This document shows, one piece after another, positions 9,748 to 18,418 of a DNA stretch of 57,329 nucleotides (the first letter of the stretch is position 1; each line of letters starts with the position of its first letter). The notes below the pieces were generated by a model. The model saw nothing but the letters and a program-made list of their open reading frames with translations. It made no database searches and was not told the DNA's origin. A program made the position numbers and the translations under genes. Source of the stretch: Burkholderiales bacterium (GTDB taxonomy: Bacteria > Pseudomonadota > Gammaproteobacteria > Burkholderiales > SG8-41). The stretch lies in contig JALHND010000004.1 of assembly GCA_022843705.1 (NCBI GenBank), positions 1 through 57,329 on the forward strand, given 5' to 3'.

Positions 9748-12048
9748 CTAGAACACGCCCGGTACATTGTATTGGACTGGTGCCGCGGCGCGGGGATCCA
9801 CCGTTTTGTAGCCGCTGATGTTGCGGAACAGGACGTCCATCGGGTTGGTGCCGATGCGTGAAATCCCGCTCAGCTCAAGCTGGACAAAAATCGAGGTACT
9901 GGCGGCCGAGGTCGTGGTGGCGAAGCGGTGGCCGACGATGCGCAGGGCCCAGCAGCGGTCATTGTATTCGACGCCGGCCAGCGCCTCGAGGGTCCGGTTG
10001 TCGCGGATCGAGTAGTTCCAGCGGGCGACGGCGGTCCAGCGACCGTCGATGGGCCATTGCGCCGAGAAGTCGGTCTGACGCAGCGTATTGATGGTTTCGC
10101 GGTAGGCCAGGTTCAGCACCTTGCCGGCCTGCGGCTGGTAACGCCCTGCGATGTTGAATTTCTGGACCTGTTTGAGGTCGGTGTTGTACTGCCAGCCGGC
10201 TTCGGTAGTCCAGTTTTTGGCGATGTTGCCGCTGATCACCGCGAGCAGGTCGGAACTGTTGCTGTCGCTTGCGCGGGGCGCAACCCCCGGCAGCGTTACC
10301 TGCTGCGGCTCAAAGTAAAAACGCTGGGCCAGCGCCACGCGCAGGCGCTCGATGCCGGTGCTGGCATCGATGAAGCGTGAGCTGACACCGGCAGTCAGCT
10401 GGTTGGCGTCATTGATGCGGTCGCTGCCGCTGAACTGGTTTTCCGTGAACAGCGTCGCAAAATTGATGTCCTGCAGTCCGCTCTCGAAATTCGGCAGGCG
10501 GCTCTGGTCCTTGTACGGGATGTAGACGTAGTAGGCCTTGGGTTCCAGCGTCTGGATCAGCGTCTGGCCACGGGCCTGCATTTCGCGCTCGAACACGACC
10601 CCCGCTTCCGCGCTGAACACCGGCAGCGTGCGCGTGCGGTCCTGCAGGTTCAATGTGTTGTTCTCGCCCATCGCATAACGCGTGATGTGGGCGCCGATTT
10701 TCGGCGTCACGAAGGCAAACGCATTCTGCAGGGGCAGCGAAAGGCTGGGATTGAGCACCACCCGCTGGCCGTTGACCAGCGAGGGATGGTCAAAAGCGGT
10801 GTAGCTGCCGAGAAGATCGAAATCGCCGACACGGGTGCCCAGGCGCTGCGCGGACAGTGTCAGCTGCGGCTGCCGGTTGTAGGGGGCCACCAGCGGCGCC
10901 AGCGGATCCGACTGCAGCGTCTGCCAGCGCTGGGCAAAGGCCGAGAAGCTGTAGGTGCCGCCATTGCCCCAGGTGCCGCCGCGGGCGAGGGTCAGGTCAT
11001 TGGTCAGGTAGACCTGGGAGGTCACGGCAACCTGTGTCGACAGGTCGGTGAAATAATTGCCGTCGGACACGCGGTTGACATTTAAGGTGCCGCTCCAGCC
11101 GCGTCCCAGGGTCTGCTGGTGTTTTGCGAAAATGCCCCAGCGGTCGCGGCTGACCTGCTGGTCGCTGGTGAGGATCTCGGTGCGTGCCTCGCCTTTCCAG
11201 CTCGGGTTCAGGTAACGGAACTCGCCGCCGAGTTGCAGGCCGCGCTTGGTCATGTAGCGCGGGTACAGCGTCGCGTCCATATCCGGCGCGATGTTCCAGT
11301 AATAGGGAACGGTGAACTCGAAACCGGTGGTGTTGGAGGTCCGGTAACTCGGCGTCAGGAATCCGGACTTGCGTTCCTGGTGCAGCGAAAACGACAGGTA
11401 GGGCGAATAAAAGATGGTCTGGTCGAAAAACACGATGCTGGCATCACGGGCGACGCCGACATCGCGGCTGCGGTCGATGTCGAGCTGGCGGGCCCGGATG
11501 AACCAGGCGTCGTTGCCCGGCTCGCAGGTTGTGTAGCTTGCTGTCTGCACGCGATACTGCCCCGGACCCTCGAACAGCAGCCGTTCTGCGGTGCCGCGAC
11601 CGTCAGTGTCGCCGAAACGGGCAGTACTGCCAGTGGTGATGCCGGGTGGCGTGCTGACCAGCAGGTAGCGCGGCTGTTCCATGTAGCCGCGATCAGTGCC
11701 GATTTCGTAGCGCAGCGCATCACCCTCGATGATTTCGCGGCCCTGTTCGATCCGCACGTTGCCCTTGGCCGTGAGCACGTCGGTCGGCGTGTCGTGGCGC
11801 ATCCAGTCCGCAAAAAACGCTTGGCCGCGCTTGCGCAGCCGCGCGCTGCCATGGGCTTCGATTTCCTTGTCCTGCGTGCCCTGCAGGCGGTCCGCTTCGA
11901 TGAACAGCGGCACTTCATCGCTGTTGTCCGGCGGAATCAGCATCAGGCCGGGCTGCGACTTGAGTTTGAGGCCCTGCTCCGCGCCAGCCATCAACGGCAG
12001 TGCGCACAGCACGGCAAGCGCAATCCGGGTTTTTCTCGAGGAGGGCAT
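9748..12048 (-). CDS. lptD: LPS-assembly outer-membrane protein LptD
   Basis: MPSSRKTRIALAVLCALPLMAGA is a signal peptide, followed by an OstA N-terminal domain and a large beta-barrel that ends in aromatic-rich strands. The 1115-aa ORF extension upstream of 12048 overlaps amgK and is rejected. Confidence 0.9.
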   Translation of the reverse strand: MPSSRKTRIALAVLCALPLMAGAEQGLKLKSQPGLMLIPPDNSDEVPLFIEADRLQGTQDKEIEAHGSARLRKRGQAFFADWMRHDTPTDVLTAKGNVRIEQGREIIEGDALRYEIGTDRGYMEQPRYLLVSTPPGITTGSTARFGDTDGRGTAERLLFEGPGQYRVQTASYTTCEPGNDAWFIRARQLDIDRSRDVGVARDASIVFFDQTIFYSPYLSFSLHQERKSGFLTPSYRTSNTTGFEFTVPYYWNIAPDMDATLYPRYMTKRGLQLGGEFRYLNPSWKGEARTEILTSDQQVSRDRWGIFAKHQQTLGRGWSGTLNVNRVSDGNYFTDLSTQVAVTSQVYLTNDLTLARGGTWGNGGTYSFSAFAQRWQTLQSDPLAPLVAPYNRQPQLTLSAQRLGTRVGDFDLLGSYTAFDHPSLVNGQRVVLNPSLSLPLQNAFAFVTPKIGAHITRYAMGENNTLNLQDRTRTLPVFSAEAGVVFEREMQARGQTLIQTLEPKAYYVYIPYKDQSRLPNFESGLQDINFATLFTENQFSGSDRINDANQLTAGVSSRFIDASTGIERLRVALAQRFYFEPQQVTLPGVAPRASDSNSSDLLAVISGNIAKNWTTEAGWQYNTDLKQVQKFNIAGRYQPQAGKVLNLAYRETINTLRQTDFSAQWPIDGRWTAVARWNYSIRDNRTLEALAGVEYNDRCWALRIVGHRFATTTSAASTSIFVQLELSGISRIGTNPMDVLFRNISGYKTVDPRAAAPVQYNVPGVF

Positions 12049-12093
12049 CGGGGGGGGTGTCAGGCGAGGTGCTAAAATCTCACAATTCACTGA

Positions 12094-13125
12094 TTGAAGC
12101 AACGCTTGAACCCATCTCCAGTGGCCGGGCGCGACGAGCGCCTCGAATTGCTCCGCGCATGGCTTGCGGGACTGCTGTCCGGAGCCGATTTTTCCCTTGC
12201 GCCGGCGTCCGCCGATGCGAGTTTCCGCCGCTATTTCCGGGTGACCTTTGATGGCGGCACGCGCATCGTGATGGATGCGCCTCCGGAGCGTGAAGATTGC
12301 CGTCCCTTCGTCAAGGTCGCGCGATTGATGGACGCGGCCGGGCTGCATGTGCCGGAAGTGCAGGAGGCCGATATTGATCGCGGATTCCTGCTGCTGTCCG
12401 ACCTCGGCGACACCACCTACCTGAAGGCGCTGGATGAGCACAATGCCGATGCGCTGTTCGGCGATGCGATCACGGCGCTGGTGGCCTGGCAGCAGGCGAG
12501 CCGTCCGGGAGTGCTGCCGCCGTATGACCGCGACCTTCTTCAGCGGGAAATGGACCTGTTTCCCGACTGGTACGTCGGCAAACACCTGGGTGTCACGCTG
12601 TCCTCCGCGCAGCGCGCGACGCTGGCGCGGATCAACGGCCTGCTGGCCGACAGTGCTCTGGCGCAGCCGGCGGTATACGTGCATCGGGATTACATGCCGC
12701 GCAACCTGATGCTGTCTTCGCCCAATCCCGGCATTCTCGATTTCCAGGACGCGGTGTATGGTCCCCTGAGCTACGATGTTGCTTCGCTGTTCCGCGATGC
12801 CTTCATCAGCTGGCCGGAGGAGCGCACGCTGGACTGGGTGGTCCGGTACTGGGAGCAGGCGAAACGCGCGGGACTGCCGGTCGACGGGGATTTCGGGGCG
12901 TTTTACCGTGCCTTTGAGTGGATGGGCTTGCAGCGCCATCTCAAGGTGCTGGGCATCTTTGCCCGCATCCGTTACCGCGACGGCAAACCCGCCTACCTCG
13001 AAGATGCGCCGCGTTTCCTCGGATATGCGCGCGCAGTTTGCACCCGGTATGCCGCGCTGGCTCCGCTCGCACAACTGCTCGACGAACTCGAGCAACGTCC
13101 GCCGCAGGTCGGTTACACCTTCTGA
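12094..13125 (+). CDS. amgK: Aminoglycoside-phosphotransferase-fold kinase, AmgK-like (MurNAc/GlcNAc anomeric kinase)
   Basis: The APH-fold motifs SFRRYFR, VHRDYMPRNLM and LDFQDA are present. The gene is divergent from lptD and followed by a MurU-like nucleotidyltransferase, the arrangement known from Pseudomonas putida amgK-murU. The TTG start is uncertain. Confidence 0.75.
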   Translation: MKQRLNPSPVAGRDERLELLRAWLAGLLSGADFSLAPASADASFRRYFRVTFDGGTRIVMDAPPEREDCRPFVKVARLMDAAGLHVPEVQEADIDRGFLLLSDLGDTTYLKALDEHNADALFGDAITALVAWQQASRPGVLPPYDRDLLQREMDLFPDWYVGKHLGVTLSSAQRATLARINGLLADSALAQPAVYVHRDYMPRNLMLSSPNPGILDFQDAVYGPLSYDVASLFRDAFISWPEERTLDWVVRYWEQAKRAGLPVDGDFGAFYRAFEWMGLQRHLKVLGIFARIRYRDGKPAYLEDAPRFLGYARAVCTRYAALAPLAQLLDELEQRPPQVGYTF

Positions 13126-13139
13126 ATGGACCTGCCGCG

Positions 13140-13823
13140 ATGAAGGCGATGATCCTGGCGGCGGGGCGCGGCGAACGCATGCGGCCGCTGACCGACCATC
13201 GGCCCAAGGCGCTGCTGCCCGTCGGCGGCCGGCCGCTGATCCAGCGCCTGGTGCAGGCGCTGGTCGGGGCCGGCATCCATGATCTGGTGGTCAATCTGGC
13301 CCATCTGGGCGAGCAGATCGCGGAGGCGCTCGGTGATGGCGGCAGTCTCGGCGCACGCATCGCCTATTCGCGCGAGGCACAGGCCCTGGAAACCGCCGGC
13401 GGCATTGCCAACGCCCTGCCCCTGCTCGGAACCGCGCCCTTCATTGCCGTCAATGCCGATGTCTGCACCGATTATGATTTTTCCGGGCTGGTGACGACGG
13501 CCCGCGGGCTGCCGCGGCAAGGCGCGCTGGCGCACCTGGTGCTGGTACCCAATCCGCCGCACCATCCTGCCGGCGATTTCGGCCTGTCCGGCGGGCGGGT
13601 CACGGCCGATGGCGCGGTGCGCCATACCTTCAGCGGCATCGGCGCCTACCAGCCGGCCTTGTTCGCCGGCATCGCACCGGGCAGCCGGGCGCGTCTTGCC
13701 GACCTGCTGTACTCGGGTATTTCACAGCGGCAGGTGACCGGGGAACTGTATCCGGGCTACTGGCAGGATGTCGGCACGCCGGAGCGCCTTGCGCAGGCGG
13801 ATCGCCGGGCAGCGGGCGGATGA
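13140..13823 (+). CDS. murU: N-acetylmuramate alpha-1-phosphate uridylyltransferase-like nucleotidyltransferase
   Basis: MKAMILAAGRGERMRPLTDHRPKALLPVGG is the sugar-nucleotidyltransferase G-loop. The size is 227 aa and the gene lies directly after amgK. Confidence 0.75.
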   Translation: MKAMILAAGRGERMRPLTDHRPKALLPVGGRPLIQRLVQALVGAGIHDLVVNLAHLGEQIAEALGDGGSLGARIAYSREAQALETAGGIANALPLLGTAPFIAVNADVCTDYDFSGLVTTARGLPRQGALAHLVLVPNPPHHPAGDFGLSGGRVTADGAVRHTFSGIGAYQPALFAGIAPGSRARLADLLYSGISQRQVTGELYPGYWQDVGTPERLAQADRRAAGG

Positions 13824-14254
13824 CGTCCCTGCCGGATGCGGCGGAGGTCGATGCCGCGCTGGCCTTTGATCCGGCATGGATCGCCGACCTGCGGTCGACC
13901 TGGCTGCAGTTGATGGATGCCGCGGTCTGGGATGATCCGGCGATGCAGCGTTTGGGCGATGCGCCGCGGCTGCGCAAGCGGCTGCTGGAACTTGGCGAGC
14001 GGCTGAAAAGCCTGACCGCCAGCCGCCACTGGATTCCGCATCCGCGCGAGCGGCTGAAGAGTGCGCTGGCGGCAGCGGCCGGTGTACGCGAAACGCTGGC
14101 CGCTGTGGAGCACCTGCTGGCAGGCCTGGCTCCCGGGGCCGGCGCGGAACACATGCGCGCGACGCTGCAAGGTCTGCGACTGGCCATCGACGGGCTGCTG
14201 CCGGCCCGCGAGAATGCCTGGGCGCAGTTGCTGGACGCGCAGGTCGGCGACTGA
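13820..14254 (+). CDS. Hypothetical protein (144 aa, predicted all-helical)
   Basis: The ATG overlaps the murU stop (ATGA). The frame has strong G/C third-position bias. No family is recognised. Confidence 0.6.
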   Translation: MTSLPDAAEVDAALAFDPAWIADLRSTWLQLMDAAVWDDPAMQRLGDAPRLRKRLLELGERLKSLTASRHWIPHPRERLKSALAAAAGVRETLAAVEHLLAGLAPGAGAEHMRATLQGLRLAIDGLLPARENAWAQLLDAQVGD

Positions 14255-14276
14255 AGCGCGCAGCTATAATCGATCC

Positions 14277-15599
14277 ATGCAGACACTTCCCCCATCGGCT
14301 GCAACTTACGCTGCACGCCGGGCGCGGCTGGCCGCGATGCTCGGCGACGGCATTGCCATCGTGCCCACCGCGCCGGAGCGCATCCGCAACCGCGATGCAC
14401 ACTATCCCTACCGCTACGACAGCTATTTTTATTACCTGACCGGATTTCGCGAGCCGGAAGCCGTGCTGGTGCTGGCCGGAGGGGCCACGCCGCAGAGCAT
14501 GCTTTTTTGCCGGGAAAAGAATGTGGAGCGCGAGATCTGGGACGGTCATCGTCATGGACCGGCGGCGGCGCGTGAAACCTTCGCCCTTGATGCGGCACAC
14601 GCCGTCAATGAACTCGACGCGCGCATGCCCGACCTGCTGGCGGACCGTCCCGCGGTACATGTGCATCTCGGCGCCGACGCAGCCTGGGATGCGCGGGTGC
14701 TGGGCTGGATCAACGCGGTGCGCAGCCGCTCGCGCAGCGGCGTGGCCGCTCCGCAGGACATCCGCGACGTGCGCGTGCTGCTCGACGACATGCGCCTGCT
14801 CAAGGACGAACACGAACTGGCGCTGATGCGCCGCGCCGGGGAGATATCCGGTGCCGCCCATCGCCTCGCCATGCAGGCCGCACGGCCCGGCGCCACGGAG
14901 TACGAAATCGAAGCCGTGCTCCAGCACGAGTTCCGCCGCTGCGGGGCACAGGCCCCCGCCTACACGCCGATCGTCGCGGGAGGAGCCAACGCCTGCGTGC
15001 TGCACTACGTCGAAAACAGCGCGACACTTGCCGACGGCGACCTGCTGCTGATCGATGCCGGTTGCGAGCTCGACGGATACGCGTCCGACATCACGCGCAC
15101 CTTCCCGGTCAACGGCTGTTTCAGCGGCCCGCAACGGGCGGTTTATGAACTGGTGCTGGCGGCGCAGGCCGCAGCGATTGCGGTCGTGAAGCCGGGCGCG
15201 CGCTGGAATGATCCGCATGATGCGGCGGTGCGGGTGCTGGCCCAGGGTTTCATCGACCTCGGGCTGCTGCAGGGCACGCTGGATGCCGTGCTTGAACAGG
15301 AAAGTTACCGCCAGTTCTACATGCATCGCACCGGGCACTGGCTGGGACTGGACGTGCATGATGCCGGTGAATACAAGGTCGGCGGCGCCTGGCGCGAACT
15401 GCGCCCGGGCATGGTGCTGACCGTGGAACCCGGCTGTTATGTCCGACCGGGCCCGGGCGTGCCCGAAGCTTTTGCCCATATCGGCGTGCGCATCGAGGAC
15501 GATGCGCTGGTGACTGCCGAAGGCTGTGAAATTCTCAGCAGCAGCGCGCCGAAAAGCGTCGCCGACATCGAGGCGCTGATGCGTGCCCGCGATGCCTGA
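14277..15599 (+). CDS. pepP: Xaa-Pro aminopeptidase
   Basis: The N-terminal creatinase-like domain (RRARLAAMLG ... YPYRYDSYFYYLTGF) is followed by the M24B metal-ligand motifs (LIDAG, DITRT, HGTGHWLGLDVHD-type, TVEPG, RIED). The start is set at the ATG at 14277 (MQTLPPS). Confidence 0.92.
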   Translation: MQTLPPSAATYAARRARLAAMLGDGIAIVPTAPERIRNRDAHYPYRYDSYFYYLTGFREPEAVLVLAGGATPQSMLFCREKNVEREIWDGHRHGPAAARETFALDAAHAVNELDARMPDLLADRPAVHVHLGADAAWDARVLGWINAVRSRSRSGVAAPQDIRDVRVLLDDMRLLKDEHELALMRRAGEISGAAHRLAMQAARPGATEYEIEAVLQHEFRRCGAQAPAYTPIVAGGANACVLHYVENSATLADGDLLLIDAGCELDGYASDITRTFPVNGCFSGPQRAVYELVLAAQAAAIAVVKPGARWNDPHDAAVRVLAQGFIDLGLLQGTLDAVLEQESYRQFYMHRTGHWLGLDVHDAGEYKVGGAWRELRPGMVLTVEPGCYVRPGPGVPEAFAHIGVRIEDDALVTAEGCEILSSSAPKSVADIEALMRARDA

Positions 15600-16725
15600 A
15601 TCTGCCGATATCGTGATTGTCGGCGGCGGGCCGGTCGGCAGCGCCCTGGCGCTGGCGTTGCGTGATCACGGCACGCGCACGCTGCTGCTGGAAGCGCAGG
15701 CGGCGCACAGTACGGACCGGCGTCCGCTGGCGCTGTCCTACGGCAGCCGGCTGATACTCGAACGCCTGGGAGTCTGGTCCGCGCTGGAATCCCTGGCAAC
15801 GCCGTTACGCAATATCCATGTGTCGCAGCGCGGCGGTTTTGGCCGGGTCCGGCTGGAGGCTGCCGAAACCGGTTTGCCCGAGCTGGGGTACGTCATTGAC
15901 TACGGCCAGCTTGCGCGGGAACTGGCACAGGCGGCGTCGGTCAGTGTGGGCTGCCGTCAAGGCGCGAGCGTGCTGGCCTGGGAGGGTGGTGATCCGGCAC
16001 GGGTTTGTTATGAATACGCGGGCGAACGGCAGGATCTTGCGGCGTCACTGGTGGTGATTGCGGACGGCGGCGCGGTGTCTGCCGCCGTGACCGAGGACTA
16101 CCGGCAATGCGCAGTGACGGCACGCGTGGTAAGTGAGCACCCGCATAACAATACGGCGTACGAACGGTTTACACGCAACGGCCCGCTGGCCCTGCTGCCC
16201 GACGGCGAGGGCTGGGCACTGGTGTGGACGACGACGCCCGAACGTGCACAGGATCTGTGCGCCGCGGATCCCGGCCGTTTTCTCCAGGAACTGCAGGAGG
16301 AGTTCGGCAATCGCGTCGGGCGATTTGTCGATGTGACGCTGCGTGCCAGCCATCCCCTGCAGCGGCGGCGCGCCGCTTCCGCCGCCGGACGCGTGGTTTT
16401 CATCGGCAATGCCGCGCAGACGCTGCATCCCGTCGCCGGGCAGGGTTTCAATCTCGGACTGCGCGATGCCTGGGAGCTGGCCGGGCATATCCGGGATGCC
16501 TCGTCCGACGCACCGGGTTCGCCGGCGTGGCTGCAGGCCTACGACAGGCGCCGCAGCATCGATCGCAGCGGCGGCATCGGCTTTACCCACGGCCTGGTGC
16601 GGCTGTTTTCCAACGACCTGCCGCCCCTCCGCTTCGCGCGCGGCACGGCGCTTGCTTTGCTGGGTTGCGTGCCGCCGCTGAAAAATTTTCTGGCTCGACG
16701 CATGACCTTCGGCGCGCGCGGCTGA
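15583..16725 (+). CDS. ubiH: FAD-dependent ubiquinone-biosynthesis hydroxylase (UbiH/UbiF/UbiI family)
   Basis: DIVIVGGGPVGSALA is the FAD fingerprint. GNAAQTLHPVAGQGFNLGLRD is the UbiH-family motif. The position directly after pepP matches E. coli. Confidence 0.8.
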   Translation: MPAMPESADIVIVGGGPVGSALALALRDHGTRTLLLEAQAAHSTDRRPLALSYGSRLILERLGVWSALESLATPLRNIHVSQRGGFGRVRLEAAETGLPELGYVIDYGQLARELAQAASVSVGCRQGASVLAWEGGDPARVCYEYAGERQDLAASLVVIADGGAVSAAVTEDYRQCAVTARVVSEHPHNNTAYERFTRNGPLALLPDGEGWALVWTTTPERAQDLCAADPGRFLQELQEEFGNRVGRFVDVTLRASHPLQRRRAASAAGRVVFIGNAAQTLHPVAGQGFNLGLRDAWELAGHIRDASSDAPGSPAWLQAYDRRRSIDRSGGIGFTHGLVRLFSNDLPPLRFARGTALALLGCVPPLKNFLARRMTFGARG

Positions 16726-16990
16726 TTTTCCCGCGAACCGTTGCGCCCGGACGGTTTGCCGGAGAATCTGCAGGTGGCTTTCGAGCAATGTGCACTAACA
16801 GTTTGTTGAAATTCTCGAATTATTGTCATTCGCGGGCGCACAGGATTTCCCGACTCTCGTTAAATCAATGGCTTGTACGCGTGTGCGCTTGGTCGCTACG
16901 CTCTCCACGCACTCGCGCATCATTTTTTCAACAGACTGCTAAAGGTATTCATCGCAAAGAAGATTTTGTGCGGCGAACGGAATTTAATCC

Positions 16991-17009
16991 GTTTGCACGT
17001 GGTGCAAAC
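16991..17009. promoter_or_regulatory. Perfect palindrome GTTTGCAC-GTG-GTGCAAAC upstream of the dusB promoter
   Basis: 8+3+8 inverted repeat read directly from the sequence, about 35 nt upstream of the proposed -35. It may be an operator or a hairpin. Confidence 0.4.
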
Positions 17010-17043
17010 GACACGACTGCCCAAAAAATAGGCACATTTTCCT

Positions 17044-17071
17044 TTGCATGCCGCGCCAGTGTGATTACAAT
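17044..17071 (+). promoter_or_regulatory. Candidate sigma70 promoter of dusB-fis
   Basis: TTGCAT-16 nt-TACAAT is followed by the GC-rich discriminator GGCGCCC, about 40 nt before the dusB GTG. The E. coli fis promoter is known for a GC-rich discriminator. Confidence 0.45.
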
Positions 17072-17110
17072 GGCGCCCTTTCTTCCGACACCCGCAAAAG
17101 AACAACACCG

Positions 17111-18118
17111 GTGCGTATTGGTTCCCATCAGCTGAAGAACAACCTCATCGTGGCACCGATGGCGGGCGTGACCGATCGTCCTTTCCGCCAGCTGTGCAAG
17201 ACAATGGGCGCCGGCATGGCGGTGTCGGAGATGGTGGCCAGCAATTCGCTGCTCTGGGGTTCCGAAAAAACCCGGCGTCGTGCCAACCACGACGGAGAAG
17301 TCGATCCGATTTCAGTGCAAATTGCCGGTGCCGATCCGCAGATGCTTGCCGATGCCGCACGCTACAACGTTGACCAGGGCGCGCAGATCATCGACATCAA
17401 CATGGGTTGCCCGGCGAAAAAAGTCTGCAACGTAATGGCGGGTTCGGCTCTGCTGAAGGACGAACCCTTGGTCGCGCGCATCCTTGATGCCGTGGTCGGC
17501 GCGGTTGACGTGCCGGTGACGCTGAAAATCCGCACCGGCTGGGACCGCGATCACCGCAATGCGCGCATGGTGGCGCGCATCGCCGAGAGCGCCGGCATCC
17601 AGGCGCTGGCGATCCACGGCCGCACCCGCGCCTGCGGCTACAGCGGCGAGGCCGAGTACGACACCATCGCCGCAGTCAAGGCCGAGATCCGCATCCCGGT
17701 GATCGCCAACGGCGACATCACCACGCCGGAGCGCGCGAAACACGTGCTCGAATACACCGGTGCCGACGCCGTGATGATCGGCCGCGCGGCCCAGGGGCGT
17801 CCGTGGATGTTCCGCGAAATCACCCACTTCCTGGAGACCGGCCGCCACCTGCCGCCGCCGGCAGTGGATGAAATCCACCGCGTGCTGGTCGCGCATCTGC
17901 ATGACCTCTACGGTTTTTACGGTGAACATACCGGCGTGCGTGTCGCGCGCAAGCACATCTCCTGGTACACCAAGGGACTGGCCGGGTCTGCGGCGTTCCG
18001 CCACGGCATGAACCAGTTGCAGACCTGTGCGGAACAGATCGATGCAGTGAACACCTTTTTTGCCGAACTTTCGGGTCTGGGCGAACGCCTGACCTATGTG
18101 GAGGAACTTGCAGCATGA
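17111..18118 (+). CDS. dusB: tRNA-dihydrouridine synthase B
   Basis: (V)RIGSHQLKNNLIVAPMAGVTDRPFR aligns with the E. coli DusB N-terminus. DINMGCPAKKV is present and fis lies downstream. The GTG start at 17111 is chosen by homology. Confidence 0.9.
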   Translation: MRIGSHQLKNNLIVAPMAGVTDRPFRQLCKTMGAGMAVSEMVASNSLLWGSEKTRRRANHDGEVDPISVQIAGADPQMLADAARYNVDQGAQIIDINMGCPAKKVCNVMAGSALLKDEPLVARILDAVVGAVDVPVTLKIRTGWDRDHRNARMVARIAESAGIQALAIHGRTRACGYSGEAEYDTIAAVKAEIRIPVIANGDITTPERAKHVLEYTGADAVMIGRAAQGRPWMFREITHFLETGRHLPPPAVDEIHRVLVAHLHDLYGFYGEHTGVRVARKHISWYTKGLAGSAAFRHGMNQLQTCAEQIDAVNTFFAELSGLGERLTYVEELAA

Positions 18119-18354
18119 TGAATGAAACCGAAATGGCCCGTGTCGTGCGCCGGGCGATCGACGGCTACTTCCGCGACCTCGACGGGGAAAAGGCCAGCGG
18201 CGTGTACGACATGGTCATCGGCAGCGTGGAAAAACCCCTGCTCGAATCGGTGCTGAACAAGGTGCGCGGCAACCAGTCCCACGCTGCGGCGATGCTGGGC
18301 ATCAACCGCAACACGCTGCGCAAGAAAATCAAGACCTACAACATCAAGTTCTGA
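18115..18354 (+). CDS. fis: DNA-binding protein Fis
   Basis: 79 aa with the C-terminal HTH GNQSHAAAMLGINRNTLRKKIK. The gene is overlap-coupled to dusB (ATGA). Confidence 0.92.
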   Translation: MMNETEMARVVRRAIDGYFRDLDGEKASGVYDMVIGSVEKPLLESVLNKVRGNQSHAAAMLGINRNTLRKKIKTYNIKF

Positions 18355-18418
18355 CGGGATCCGGGCCGTTCCCGCATTGTCGCAACACGTTTTGTCGTAA
18401 CTCCAGGCAGCCGCATCC

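Noticed and set aside
12049-13095. N-terminal extension of about 350 aa on the lptD ORF (1115 aa in total)
   Set aside because: The extension overlaps the amgK gene on the opposite strand and has no LptD-like sequence. A canonical signal peptide begins at the ATG at 12048. The same reasoning was used to trim the surA, ilvD, lgt, pepP, hemF, murU, ubiA, ubiD, dacB, livM, SapC and BacNaV ORFs.
16991-17009. parS centromere site
   Set aside because: The palindrome is GTTTGCAC-GTG-GTGCAAAC (8+3+8). It is not the 16-bp TGTTNCACGTGAAACA consensus, because both the half-site sequence and the spacing differ.
16920-17108. 62-aa Cys-rich small protein (8 Cys) on the minus strand upstream of dusB
   Set aside because: It has a GTG start without a Shine-Dalgarno, its A/T-ending codons are unlike all confident genes here, and it overlaps the predicted dusB promoter and palindrome. 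It is kept only as a remark in the dusB-upstream finding.
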